From Myxococcota bacterium (lineage in GTDB: Bacteria > Myxococcota_C > UBA6777), in assembly GCA_023150835.1 (NCBI GenBank), contig JAKLKB010000046.1, positions 1 through 63,264 on the forward strand: a stretch of 63,264 nt of DNA, given 5' to 3'. Below the pieces are notes generated by a model. The model searched no databases. It was given only the letters and a program-made list of their open reading frames with translations, and was not told where the DNA came from. The position numbers and the translations under genes are program-made. Shown one piece after another: positions 38,409 to 48,520 of the stretch. Position 1 is the first letter of the stretch. Each line of letters begins with the position of its first letter.

Positions 38409-40946
38409 TCATAACACTTGCACAGGATCAGTATCAATCAAGATCTTGACTTCCGTTCGTGGCAACTCCGCCAAGATCTCCCTCACCAAGGCCCACGTCA
38501 ACGTATGCAGCAGCCGACGCTCTGGGGCTTTCAGCAACAATTGCCAACGAAAACGGTTTTTGATCCGCTCCAACGCAGCAGGAGCAGGCCCAAGCAATTC
38601 CACACGTGGAAACTGCCCCGTTTTCAGTTGTTGTCGCAAGGCTTGCCCCACTTCACAAGCGATCTCTTCGGTCTCTTGGGCAGAAGTCCCCTCGAAGCGT
38701 ACCCCTACCAAAAATCCATACGGCGGATAACCTGCTTCGCGGCGAAATGGTACTTCGCATTGATAGAAGCCTTGATAATCCTGCTGTAGCGCATAAAAAA
38801 GACTCGGATGTTCGGGATTAAACGTCTGGATCAAGACACGCCCGGGGATGCTTCCCCGCCCTGCACGCCCTGCGACTTGCACCAAAAGCTGAAACGTCCG
38901 CTCTGCGCTGCGAAAATCCGGCATACTCAAACCTTGATCCGCAAGCAACACCCCCACCAACGTGACGCCGGGAAAGTCGTGGCCTTTGGCGATCATCTGT
39001 GTGCCGATCAAGATATCGATCTGACGGTGGCCAAAACGCTCGACGAGATCTTCCAAGGTTCCCTTGCGGCTGGTCGTATCCCGATCCATCCGATCAATCC
39101 GCGCACTCGGCAACAGATGTTGCAAAAGCTCTTGGACTTTTTCGGTTCCCCATCCCGTGTTTTCCAGATGGCGATGACCACAAGACGGACAATGCGTCGG
39201 GTAACGCTCGGCATATCCGCAATAATGGCACAGCAAAACGGATTGCGCCCGATGGTGCGTCAAGTTGATCGAACAATGCTTGCAACGAAAGGTGATCCCG
39301 CAGTTTGGACACAGGATGGTCGTGTGGTAGCCTCGGCGATTCAAAAAAAGAATGCTCTGATCGCCCTTTGCGAGGTTTTCAGTCAACGCCTCCAACAACG
39401 CTGGCGAGATCATCCCACCGAGACGTTCGGGGGTTTTGCGCAGATCGATCACTTCGACCGAAGGCATCGGACGATCCAAGATCCGCTTGGGCATCGAAAG
39501 ATAGCCCCATCGGCCAAGATGCGCATTTGCATAACTCTCCAACGCAGGCGTGGCAGAACCCAAGATCACTGTCGCATGGCAAAGCTTGGCGCGCATCAAA
39601 GCCAAACTACGGGCATGATAGGGAAAGCGACCCTCTTGTTTGTACGACGTTTCTTGTTCTTCATCGACGATTACCATCCCGAGATCCCGAAACGGCGCAA
39701 AGATCGCCGAGCGCGCCCCGATCACCAACGGCACTTCGCCGCGCTTGATCCGCCACCATTGATCATAGCGCTCTTGTTCGTTGAGTCCGCTATGCAACAC
39801 CGTGAGCTGATCTCCCAAGCGCCTGCGAAAATGGCCCACAAACTGCGGCGTCAGCGAGATCTCAGGAACCAAGACGATGGCTTGGCGATCTTGCGCCATC
39901 ACGCGCTCGATCAATTGCAGATACACCTCGGTCTTACCGCTCCCTGTGACCCCATGCAACAAAAAGGGCTGAAAGATCCGCTTTTCGATCCCGGGAACAA
40001 CGGCCTCAAAGACCTTTTGCTGATCTGCGGTCGGGGGAAAAGGTTTGGTGGCTTGTGGAACAGGCGAAAAAAAAGGGTCACTTGATACTTCGATATCCAC
40101 CAAGTCGATCAGCCCCTTTTTGAGCATCTGTCGCAAGGTATCACGGATATCCATGTCGCCCATCAATGCACGCAATTGCGCAAGTGTGATCGGCCCGTAT
40201 TCGCGTATCGCCTCCCAGATCTCGGCCTGACGTGGAGCGCGCTGCAACAGCAACTCACGCCGCGCCAACGACATCTCCTCGACCACTCGATACATCCGCT
40301 GCGTTCGGCCCTTGACACGCGGAACGGTCACCCCTTCTTGGATCAACAAAAAGCCATCCCGTACCAGTTCGCGCAGGTGATGGGCTTTTCCACCTTTGAT
40401 GCGTTCCAATAACGCGGCGCGTGGGATGACTTCTCCCGGCAAGATCGCCGCAAGCAACCGACCTCTCGGCCCACGCAAGATGCCTCCGCTTCGGGCGATC
40501 TCCCCTGTCTGCGAAAGATACACCGATTGTTTGCCTTCGACATTGATCCCCGCAGGCAGCGCCCCTCGGATCACCTCGCCTATCGGATAGAACAGATAAT
40601 CCGCTGCAAACTCAAACAAATTCAGCGTGGTTTCATCAAACAAAGGCTCCTCGTCCAAGACATCTTCGATCTCGCGCAGCCGCTGCTCGACCCCCTCAGG
40701 CGGCTTGGAATAACGCAAAAAATAGCCCGTGATCAGGCGCTGCCCCACAGGGGCCAATACGCGCACCCCCGTTTTGACCCGCTCGATCAGCGCTTCAGGG
40801 ACGATGTAATGGTACGTGTCGTATATCGGCAAATCCAACGCGATCTCGCCTGTATGTTCGGCCTCTTTGGGCTGCGTGTCGCGCTGTACAGGCTTGGGCG
40901 ATATCGGATCCAGTCCGAGATCTTGAAACAGACTCTCTTGCTTCAC
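38409..40946 (-). CDS. priA: Primosomal protein N' (replication restart helicase)
   Basis: LLHGVTGSGKTEVY, LVPEISLTPQ, GARSAIFAP, VDEE, GSATP, LNRRGY, four CxxC, GTQMIAKGHDFP, QVAGRAGR. GTG start estimated. Confidence 0.97.
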   Translation of the reverse strand: MKQESLFQDLGLDPISPKPVQRDTQPKEAEHTGEIALDLPIYDTYHYIVPEALIERVKTGVRVLAPVGQRLITGYFLRYSKPPEGVEQRLREIEDVLDEEPLFDETTLNLFEFAADYLFYPIGEVIRGALPAGINVEGKQSVYLSQTGEIARSGGILRGPRGRLLAAILPGEVIPRAALLERIKGGKAHHLRELVRDGFLLIQEGVTVPRVKGRTQRMYRVVEEMSLARRELLLQRAPRQAEIWEAIREYGPITLAQLRALMGDMDIRDTLRQMLKKGLIDLVDIEVSSDPFFSPVPQATKPFPPTADQQKVFEAVVPGIEKRIFQPFLLHGVTGSGKTEVYLQLIERVMAQDRQAIVLVPEISLTPQFVGHFRRRLGDQLTVLHSGLNEQERYDQWWRIKRGEVPLVIGARSAIFAPFRDLGMVIVDEEQETSYKQEGRFPYHARSLALMRAKLCHATVILGSATPALESYANAHLGRWGYLSMPKRILDRPMPSVEVIDLRKTPERLGGMISPALLEALTENLAKGDQSILFLNRRGYHTTILCPNCGITFRCKHCSINLTHHRAQSVLLCHYCGYAERYPTHCPSCGHRHLENTGWGTEKVQELLQHLLPSARIDRMDRDTTSRKGTLEDLVERFGHRQIDILIGTQMIAKGHDFPGVTLVGVLLADQGLSMPDFRSAERTFQLLVQVAGRAGRGSIPGRVLIQTFNPEHPSLFYALQQDYQGFYQCEVPFRREAGYPPYGFLVGVRFEGTSAQETEEIACEVGQALRQQLKTGQFPRVELLGPAPAALERIKNRFRWQLLLKAPERRLLHTLTWALVREILAELPRTEVKILIDTDPVQVL

Positions 40947-41069
40947 ATCACACCCCACAGCGCAAGATCCGGATCGCCGACGCTCGCCACGATCCACTCC
41001 GATCGAAAACCTGTGTTCACACCACATCCATCGGTGGCTTTGTCAGTTTGGAAAATGTTTGACGAGTGT

Positions 41070-41849
41070 TTAGGGGACTTGTTGAAAGGAATTTTGGGGA
41101 ACGGAACCGACCTTGACACGGTACGCAAGCATCCGCTGAAAAAGACGGCCTGAGCGATAGATCTCGATACGACCGGGAAAGAGATAACCCCGACCATCTC
41201 GATGGTAATCCAAAAACCGGATATCCAACGCCCCACCTCCTGTCGTCTGCCCCAAAAAACGCACAGGATAAGCGTGTGCCTTGTCGATCCAAAGCTGGTT
41301 GGGTTTGCGATTGTTAAAGGATGCCCCCAAAACCACCACAGGACGGCCACCAAACCACGCAAGGCTCATCCGCAAAGGCTCGTTGTAGTCGCTTTCGGGA
41401 TCGAAACGCTTCGAACCGTCGTAGCGCACCCCCAAAGAACGCAAGATCCCTTCGGCACTCCCCCACGATGAATCATCCCCACCCATCGCAAAAAAATCAA
41501 ATCGAGGATTGGGTTTGCGTGCTTGATTCTTGGCTTGGCCGCCTTGCTCCCAAGACAAGTGTTCTTGGTTTCTCCACACCTCGATGCGATGGGCTTTCTT
41601 GTCTTTATGGAGTTCAAAACGGATCTGGCCGGGAGTTCTCAACAACAACACGGCTTCTTCTCGTTGGATCGCCCCATTTTTGGGGGTTTCGACGATCATC
41701 CACACGCGGATCTGGCGCATCGAAGAGCGCACAGAAACCATCTTGCGCAGATAATGCCGAGGCGGAAGAAGATACGCCTCCACGCCTCCAAGCCACCCCA
41801 TGAGGCACAAAAAAACACCCACACCGCACCCGTTGCGAAGATGGCGCAT
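41070..41849 (-). CDS. Exported LolA-like / outer-membrane lipoprotein-sorting fold protein
   Basis: Signal peptide ending VEA; PGQIRFE; QLWIDK...PVR; F.DY......FP.RI pattern. Confidence 0.65.
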   Translation of the reverse strand: MRHLRNGCGVGVFLCLMGWLGGVEAYLLPPRHYLRKMVSVRSSMRQIRVWMIVETPKNGAIQREEAVLLLRTPGQIRFELHKDKKAHRIEVWRNQEHLSWEQGGQAKNQARKPNPRFDFFAMGGDDSSWGSAEGILRSLGVRYDGSKRFDPESDYNEPLRMSLAWFGGRPVVVLGASFNNRKPNQLWIDKAHAYPVRFLGQTTGGGALDIRFLDYHRDGRGYLFPGRIEIYRSGRLFQRMLAYRVKVGSVPQNSFQQVP

Positions 41850-41877
41850 CGTTCGACTCCTTACAGCCTCGTGAGGC

Positions 41878-43065
41878 TCAACGTACAAGCAGCAAAGCGC
41901 CCGATCGCACAAGAGCATCCATCTCTTCGAGCGTCAGGCCCGCCTCAGACAAGATCGATCCGCCATCCTGCCCTAAGGTCGGAGCAGGACGAAGCTCCAC
42001 AGCCTTTTGGCTGTTGAGGCGCACAGGGCTGCGGGGTAGGACAAACTCCCCTTCGGTCGGATGTTCGTGCGAAAGAAAAGCGCCCCGCGCTTGCCAATGC
42101 GGATCATGCGCCAGTTCATCTACTGAAAGGACGGGTTCAACGCAGACATCGTGTTCTTCTAAAAATGAAACCCACGCATCTCTCGGCTTTTGTGCAAAGG
42201 TCTCGCGAAGTGTTTCCCGCACACGCGCTCCCGCTTCGCCCTGTTCGAGCGCTTCGTGGGCAAGCTGTGGAAGCCCAAGCAGATGCACGAGCTTGACCCA
42301 AAACTTGGGTTCCAACGCACCAACGGCCAAGTGGCGGCCATCTTGACACGCATACACGCCATAACACGGCACGCCACCACGCAGAAAATTTTCTGCGGGT
42401 TCCTCGACAAGCCCAGCCGCCCGTTGGCCTAGCTCCATCACCAAAAACGACAGCAACGACTCACTCATCGAGATATCGCAAAAACTGCCGACCCCTGTGC
42501 GTTCGCGTTGGTACAAGGCCGCCAACACCGAAGCCAGCCCCACCATGCTGCCACCTGCGATATCGCCTATCTGCACACCCACCATCGGAATCGAGCCTTC
42601 CGCGTTGCGTTGAAGATCCAAAACGCCCGAACGTGCGATGTAGTTGAGATCATGCCCTGCGCGATGGGCCAACGGTCCGTCTTGGCCGTAGCCCGTGATC
42701 GCACAGTAGATCAAGCGAGGATGGATCTGGCGCAAGCGATCATAGCCAAGCCCCATCCGCTCCATCACACCGGGGCGAAAGCTTTCGACAAGGATATCTG
42801 CTTGCGCAACCAATCGCAAAAAAACCTCGGTGGCATCGGAATGTTTGAGATCCAAAGCCAACGACCGCTTGTTGCGATTGAGTGCAGCGAAGATACCGCT
42901 CATCTGTTGGCGGATCGGCGGATACCATCGCGCATAATCGCCTCCTTCGGGCGCTTCGATCTTGATGATCTCAGCCCCAAGGTCGGCAAGCCAAAGAGTA
43001 CACAAGGGTCCGGGAAGAAGGCGCGTCAGATCAAGGACACGAAGTCCTGCGAGTGGGAGAGACAT
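41878..43065 (-). CDS. CaiB/BaiF class III CoA-transferase (alpha-methylacyl-CoA racemase-like)
   Basis: PLAGLRVLDLTRLLPGP, NRNKRS, ESFRPGVMER.G, AGHDLNY (AMACR-type His-Asp), GDIAGG, APTLGQ. Confidence 0.92.
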   Translation of the reverse strand: MSLPLAGLRVLDLTRLLPGPLCTLWLADLGAEIIKIEAPEGGDYARWYPPIRQQMSGIFAALNRNKRSLALDLKHSDATEVFLRLVAQADILVESFRPGVMERMGLGYDRLRQIHPRLIYCAITGYGQDGPLAHRAGHDLNYIARSGVLDLQRNAEGSIPMVGVQIGDIAGGSMVGLASVLAALYQRERTGVGSFCDISMSESLLSFLVMELGQRAAGLVEEPAENFLRGGVPCYGVYACQDGRHLAVGALEPKFWVKLVHLLGLPQLAHEALEQGEAGARVRETLRETFAQKPRDAWVSFLEEHDVCVEPVLSVDELAHDPHWQARGAFLSHEHPTEGEFVLPRSPVRLNSQKAVELRPAPTLGQDGGSILSEAGLTLEEMDALVRSGALLLVR

Positions 43066-43093
43066 GGTGGTTTGCGTGGTTTCGGTGGGTAGA

Positions 43094-43411
43094 TTAAGCA
43101 AGGATCTTTTGCAGCTTGAGCGCTTGTCCCATATTTCCAGAGACTTTGAGTTTGCCGGTCATAAACAACATTTGAGCGTTGGCTTTCTTGGTGGTCATCG
43201 CCACAAAGTTTTCAGCGGAGACTTGCACTTTGCAGGTTGCGTCTTCTGCCAAACCTTCCATCACTTGGCCTTTGCCGCCTTCGATACGGATCGTCCATGA
43301 TCCGCCCTCTTCACCCAGTTCGAAGGTGTAGATCGCGCTAAAGTCACCGAGATCCATGCCTTCGTTAAAACGTGATTGGATGTGATCGAAGGTTGCTTTC
43401 ACGTCACTCAT
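43094..43411 (-). CDS. SCP2 sterol/lipid-binding domain protein
   Basis: FELGEEGGSWTI...AQMLFMTGKLKVSGNMGQALKL; AAGGAG RBS. Confidence 0.9.
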   Translation of the reverse strand: MSDVKATFDHIQSRFNEGMDLGDFSAIYTFELGEEGGSWTIRIEGGKGQVMEGLAEDATCKVQVSAENFVAMTTKKANAQMLFMTGKLKVSGNMGQALKLQKILA

Positions 43412-43565
43412 AATTCTTGTCTCCTTGCAACATACGTTATGCTTTGAACATCTCGCCTAGACGGGCAAATGCACCCTCGGCGCAAAGGTCAACGGTTGTT
43501 AGCAGATCCAACGCAACCTGTCAACAAGACCCTCCGCAGATCGACTCGTTGTGTGAAAAGCTCTG

Positions 43566-43994
43566 CTACGGCCTTGCAGGACCGGGTTGGCTGGGATGAG
43601 TCACGATACCGATGCGCTGAAACCCCACACCTGTCGCGACATCCATGATCTCCACCACGCGCCGATGTTCGACTTGCGCATCCGCATCGATCGCGACTTG
43701 TGCTTCGGGCGATTTTTTGAAGGCGTCCAAAAGCGCTGCACGAAGGGCATCGATCCCAAGACGCTTCCCTTCAAAAATCACGGTGGCTCCGCCCTCTTCT
43801 TTGGGGATCTCGATGGTCAAGCGCTTGTCTTGGAGTGATCCGCTATGTTGGGCTTTGGGGCGTTGGATCGAGATCCCGGGCGCAGACACAAAGGTCGTCG
43901 TGATCAAAAAGAACAGCAACAATTGAAAGATCACGTCGATCAATGGCGTCATATCGAGTTCGGGGATCGCACGCCTTGGTCGTCGAAAGTTCAT
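43566..43994 (-). CDS. exbD: Biopolymer transport protein ExbD/TolR
   Basis: LDMTPLIDVIFQLLLFFLITT; IDADAQV...VVEIMD. Confidence 0.92.
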   Translation of the reverse strand: MNFRRPRRAIPELDMTPLIDVIFQLLLFFLITTTFVSAPGISIQRPKAQHSGSLQDKRLTIEIPKEEGGATVIFEGKRLGIDALRAALLDAFKKSPEAQVAIDADAQVEHRRVVEIMDVATGVGFQRIGIVTHPSQPGPARP

Positions 43995-44707
43995 CGGCCC
44001 TCCGACCCGATTTCAGATCGCGCTGCCGATGAAACAGCCGCGTCCACCGCGACTTCCCGCGACTTTGTGGATTCAACGGATCTTGCGGTCTCGCCTTCCA
44101 GTTGTTGAAGCGTATTGTCCATCAATAGGCTGATATCGCTTTGCAGATCCAACAACAGCCGATCCACCCGCGCCAACAAAAACCGATACCCCACATACGC
44201 AGGGATCGCCACGATCAAGCCTGCCGCTGTCGTCAACAACGCAACCCACACACCTCCCGCCACAAGGCGCGGATCGCCTACCCCCCCCAATTCCACACGT
44301 TGAAACGCCACGATCATCCCCAACACCGTCCCCAACAACCCCAACAACGGCTCCAAACTCGCCACCATCCCAAGCGAGCCGATCCCGCGCTCCATAAAAA
44401 AGGCCTCGCGCTGGCCCGCCTCCTGCAAAGCATCTTTCAACGCTTCACGATCCCGCGAAGCCTCCAACTGCGAAAACATCACCCACGCCAAACGCGCCAA
44501 CGCGCTGCTTTCTCGCTGGCACAACACTCGCGCTTCGCTCCATTGCTTCAAGCGGATCAACTGCAACAACTGCCGCAACAGCATCGGCGGGTTGATCTTG
44601 TGCCGTTGCAACGCCCACATCCGCTCCAAAAAAATCGACAAACCCACCGCCGATCCCAAAAGGATCGCGTACATCACCCACCCGCCCTTTTCAAACAAGC
44701 TGATCAT
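43991..44707 (-). CDS. exbB: MotA/TolQ/ExbB proton channel protein
   Basis: GGWVM, PLLGLLGTVLGMI, ALLTTAAGL.VAIP. Start (MISLFEKGG) overlaps the upstream stop. Confidence 0.92.
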   Translation of the reverse strand: MISLFEKGGWVMYAILLGSAVGLSIFLERMWALQRHKINPPMLLRQLLQLIRLKQWSEARVLCQRESSALARLAWVMFSQLEASRDREALKDALQEAGQREAFFMERGIGSLGMVASLEPLLGLLGTVLGMIVAFQRVELGGVGDPRLVAGGVWVALLTTAAGLIVAIPAYVGYRFLLARVDRLLLDLQSDISLLMDNTLQQLEGETARSVESTKSREVAVDAAVSSAARSEIGSEGR

Positions 44708-45816
44708 CCGTGCGATACTCCTTCTTGTGTTCGCCAACCCCAATAGGAAGCCAAGTAGTCAATCAACACTTTTCGGACCTCCACATCGATCGCACGTGCG
44801 TACGCCGTCAATGCAGCACGCACTTGACGGCTCGATCCCAACATCGCGTAGTGTTCGGCTTCTAAAGCCGCAAGATAGTCCTTTGAAACGCCGCAATGCT
44901 GGGCCACATCTTCCAAAGATATCGAGCGTTCTTCGCGGATCTGCCGCAATCTCTGTCCCGAAAAAGGTCCGTTCCATAGGCTCGGAGCCTCTTCGATTTG
45001 TACCTGCTCGCTTGGCCTCGTCTCTGTTTCTATCGACGCACTCAGCCCAACATCCGCTTTGCTCGATGTGCTCAACCCGAATCCCGCTCTCGTTGATGCT
45101 GTCGGCCTAAACTCCAAATTCATCGGCGCGCTTGGTTTGGCGTTTTTATTCGTCGGTCCGCTTGGCTTGGCATCCGTGTTCCCTGTGGCGTTCGTGGGTC
45201 CGCTCGGCTTGGCATCCGTGTTCCCTGTGGCGTTCGTGGGTCCGCTCGGCTTGGCATCCGTGTTCCTCGAAGCACCCGACATTGGAACAACCAGCCGAAG
45301 ATCTTGTGTTTGTGGCCGCAAGGATAGAAACGCCTCTTTCGCCTGCGGCTTCTCGGCTGCTTTTGGATGCCTGACTTGTTCATTCCGCTGTCCCTGCGTG
45401 CTTTGTGAAGACGGATCTTGGCGTTCTTTGAAGGAGCGCTCCAATTCTTCTGCTGCGGGGGACTCCGCTTCGGCGGAAAACAAACGCGGCGAAGAGCGCG
45501 GATCGCCTCCCTCTCTCTCCTCCAACAACCGAGCCGCTTCAGGGGATACAGAAAAAGGCGTGAGATCGGGAAACGAGGGCTGGCTTCGCGGCGCATCGTC
45601 CACAAAGGTCTCGTTCGCAGAGGTGCGCAAACGTTGATAGGCTTCCTGTAACATCAGCAAAAAGCGTCGGCGATCTTCGACACGCAACAATCCATAACTC
45701 GCCAACCCACCGATGCTATAGCGCCGCATCAAGCAACGGTACGCTTCCTCAACGTCCGCCCAATTCGCCTGCGCATCCAACTCCAACAAGCGCAGATCTT
45801 GGATCCGTGTCATCAA
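44704..45816 (-). CDS. J-like N-terminus plus RodZ-type helix-turn-helix protein
   Basis: LLEL..A....VEEAY...EAYQRL; C-terminal GQRLRQIREERSISLEDVA...YLAALEAE. Contains a 42-bp x3 in-frame repeat at 45150-45266. Confidence 0.8.
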   Translation of the reverse strand: MMTRIQDLRLLELDAQANWADVEEAYRCLMRRYSIGGLASYGLLRVEDRRRFLLMLQEAYQRLRTSANETFVDDAPRSQPSFPDLTPFSVSPEAARLLEEREGGDPRSSPRLFSAEAESPAAEELERSFKERQDPSSQSTQGQRNEQVRHPKAAEKPQAKEAFLSLRPQTQDLRLVVPMSGASRNTDAKPSGPTNATGNTDAKPSGPTNATGNTDAKPSGPTNKNAKPSAPMNLEFRPTASTRAGFGLSTSSKADVGLSASIETETRPSEQVQIEEAPSLWNGPFSGQRLRQIREERSISLEDVAQHCGVSKDYLAALEAEHYAMLGSSRQVRAALTAYARAIDVEVRKVLIDYLASYWGWRTQEGVSHG

Positions 45817-45887
45817 AAACTCCTTTCCCGAAAGAACACCATCTGTCGCCCGAAAGCGCGATCAAAATTCCTTTTGTCTTCGGTGAT

Positions 45888-46796
45888 TCAGCCCGAACTG
45901 TTCGGTGGTTGCGAGTCTGGGGGTAAAGAAGGATCGTCGTCTGCGGACAACAAACCCAAGAGATGCTCCGTCACACCACGCATCTGTTGCACCCAGCGCG
46001 AGTCGGGAAACTCAAATACAAATGGGCGCCTTGAAGCCGACGTCATCGACAACCGCTCATCGTATTCCAAACTCCCCAATGGAACCGTTCGCAAGCCAAA
46101 AAAACGCCGGATGACCGGCGCGATCTCTCGCTCAATGTGGCTATCCGCGATCTGTGAGATGCCATTGACCAAGCAATACACGGGCTTTTTGCGCAACGCA
46201 CGACGAAGTGTATGCGCACGCGGTGGATCTTGCGCACGCAAGGCCGTCAACCACGGCATCGGTAGCCAACCTTGCGATGGAGGCGCGCTTGTTAAGCTCC
46301 CTTGCATCTTCCACAAACACAAACGGCGCAAAAAGAAATAATCCCTCTCCATCCCTTGAAAACTCGGAGACGATACCAAGATCCCCACATCTGCTTGATC
46401 AAATAAGCGCGTCTGCCACGCTCCTGCTCCTGAACCTACATCCCACAACGTGATATCCGCATCCAGCGCACCCAATGACACAGAAAATCGCTCCGCCTGC
46501 GAAGCATCCGAAAGATCCCGTAGATCTTGATACACACCCGCGATCAATCCGAGATCTTTAACCCCCGTCGGCAACACCACATCCCGCGCTTCTTGTTCGC
46601 CTGACAGCACATGTCCCAAAGAGTATTGAGGATCTTCCAAACCAAAAAAAGTATGCAAGTTCGCTCCATTGAGGTCGGCGTCCACCAACACCACACGCAG
46701 CCCCAACTCCGCGATCAAGATCCCCAACTGCACCGCGATCAGGCTCTTTCCAGTACCACCTTTTCCACCGCCAATGGCGACACTCATCGAACACAC
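45888..46796 (-). CDS. MinD/FlhG-like P-loop ATPase
   Basis: GGGKGGTGKS deviant Walker A, LVDADL.GANLH, DVGSG. Confidence 0.88.
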   Translation of the reverse strand: MCSMSVAIGGGKGGTGKSLIAVQLGILIAELGLRVVLVDADLNGANLHTFFGLEDPQYSLGHVLSGEQEARDVVLPTGVKDLGLIAGVYQDLRDLSDASQAERFSVSLGALDADITLWDVGSGAGAWQTRLFDQADVGILVSSPSFQGMERDYFFLRRLCLWKMQGSLTSAPPSQGWLPMPWLTALRAQDPPRAHTLRRALRKKPVYCLVNGISQIADSHIEREIAPVIRRFFGLRTVPLGSLEYDERLSMTSASRRPFVFEFPDSRWVQQMRGVTEHLLGLLSADDDPSLPPDSQPPNSSG

Positions 46797-46837
46797 GCGT
46801 CGATTCTCCCTTATCCATCGGCCTTTTCGGCGATCGA

Positions 46838-48286
46838 TTATTCTCTGTGACTCCGCAAATCCTCTCGCGATCCTGCCATTTCTTCAAACAAACACGATAC
46901 CGCCTCCGCATCCCCCGACAACCACGTCCGCAGATCCAACCACAGACAACCTCGCTCCAACAACCCGATTATCGGGATCGTTCGTGTACGCAAAGCGGCC
47001 TCAAACAAGGACACCGAATGCACCGCACTCCCCAAACACAAACGAGCTGTCGGCAACGTCAACGCAGGCAAAGATCCCCCCCCAACACGCGCCTCCGCTT
47101 TCTCCCACGACAAGGACCAACCCCCTCGTTTGAGCGCAGCACGCCATCTTTGTACCCAGAACTCTGCTTGTTCGTATAACGCTTCGGCATCTGTGGATAA
47201 TGCGGATAATACAGGGATATCGCGCCACGCAATATCGTCCCCGTACGCATAAACCTGCACTGTAGCTTCCAACGCCGCGAGTGTCAACTTGTCCACGCGC
47301 AAAGCCCGCGCAATCGGCAGCTTTGCAGCTTTCTTGATCCAAGACGCCTTGCCTGTGATCACTCCACACTGCGGCCCCCCAAACAGCTTGTCTCCACTCC
47401 ATGTCACAACATCCGCACCTGCCCGATGCAACGCTCGCACCGACCAACCACGCTCTCCCCAATGCGCGGGCGGCTCCATTAACATCCCACTCCCTTGATC
47501 CACCATCACCGAAACTCCCCGCCGATGCCCCAATCCCACCAACGCCTCGGCCTCCACTTCCTTCACAAATCCTTCGATCACAAAGTTGCTGCGGTGGACT
47601 TTCAACAACAATCCTGTCTCCTCGCTGATCGCTTGCTCGTAATCCCGTAAGTGCGTGCGGTTGGTAGTCCCGACTTCACGCAAACGCACCCCCGCCACTT
47701 CCATCACCTCGGGCATCCGAAAAGAACCACCGATCTCCACCATCTCCCCTCGTGACAAGATCACCTCACGCCCCGCTGACATCGCTTGCAACATCAGCAT
47801 CACCGCCGCCGCATTGTTGTTCACCACCAACGCCGCTTCTGCCCCAGTCACTGCACACAACGCCGACTCCAACAACGATTGCCTTGAACCCCGCTCTCTT
47901 CGCTGCAAATCAAACTCCAAGTTGGTATACGTACCCGCCAACTCTTGCAGCCGCTCACACGCCAAACGCCCCAACGGAGCGCGGCCAAGATTCGTATGCA
48001 ACACCACACCCGTCGCGTTGATCACCCGAACCAAACGAGGCCGCTCCCGCTCTTCCAACTTCTCTCTCGCCCTCTCTTCCCATCTCTCCGAATCCACCGC
48101 CCAAACCTCGACCTCCTCCCCTGCCTTCAATCGCCCCCGCCTATCCGCCAACAACTCCCTTAACGCCTCGCTCACCCAAGTTCTCGGATAATCCGACAAC
48201 AAACGCTGTATCCCCTCTTGCTCCAACAATCTCCCCAATTGCGGCAGCCCCGCCAACAAACGATGCCTCTCCTGATCCGCACTCAC
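46838..48286 (-). CDS. selA: L-seryl-tRNA(Sec) selenium transferase
   Basis: VINATGVVLHTNLGRA, NLEFDL, VVNNNAAA, SRGEMVEIGGSFR, EVGTTN, LKVHRSNF, SGDKLFGGPQ.G, VGGGSLP. Start uncertain (ORF extends to 48364). Confidence 0.96.
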   Translation of the reverse strand: MSADQERHRLLAGLPQLGRLLEQEGIQRLLSDYPRTWVSEALRELLADRRGRLKAGEEVEVWAVDSERWEERAREKLEERERPRLVRVINATGVVLHTNLGRAPLGRLACERLQELAGTYTNLEFDLQRRERGSRQSLLESALCAVTGAEAALVVNNNAAAVMLMLQAMSAGREVILSRGEMVEIGGSFRMPEVMEVAGVRLREVGTTNRTHLRDYEQAISEETGLLLKVHRSNFVIEGFVKEVEAEALVGLGHRRGVSVMVDQGSGMLMEPPAHWGERGWSVRALHRAGADVVTWSGDKLFGGPQCGVITGKASWIKKAAKLPIARALRVDKLTLAALEATVQVYAYGDDIAWRDIPVLSALSTDAEALYEQAEFWVQRWRAALKRGGWSLSWEKAEARVGGGSLPALTLPTARLCLGSAVHSVSLFEAALRTRTIPIIGLLERGCLWLDLRTWLSGDAEAVSCLFEEMAGSREDLRSHRE

Positions 48287-48520
48287 CGTTTGCTCGGCCT
48301 CTGCTTGAACCTCCAAACCCGTTATTTGCCTCTCAAACACACCTTTTTGTTGTGTCACGCACAAACTCCCACACTTGTATAAATCGCTGTTTTGTCATAC
48401 GTTTCTATCAATCACGACCTCGTTCTACCCCTGTTTTCTTCGAGTACCTTGCTTGTCCAAAGCAACCTCTGTTAAGATACCGCGAACTTTACGCCTTGTC
48501 AGGAAAGGTAGAGGAAGCGG

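Noticed and set aside
43460-43520. c-di-GMP-I riboswitch-like words (GGGCAAA...CGCAAAG)
   Set aside because: The GNRA-capped stem is missing, and the motif is antisense to the flanking genes.
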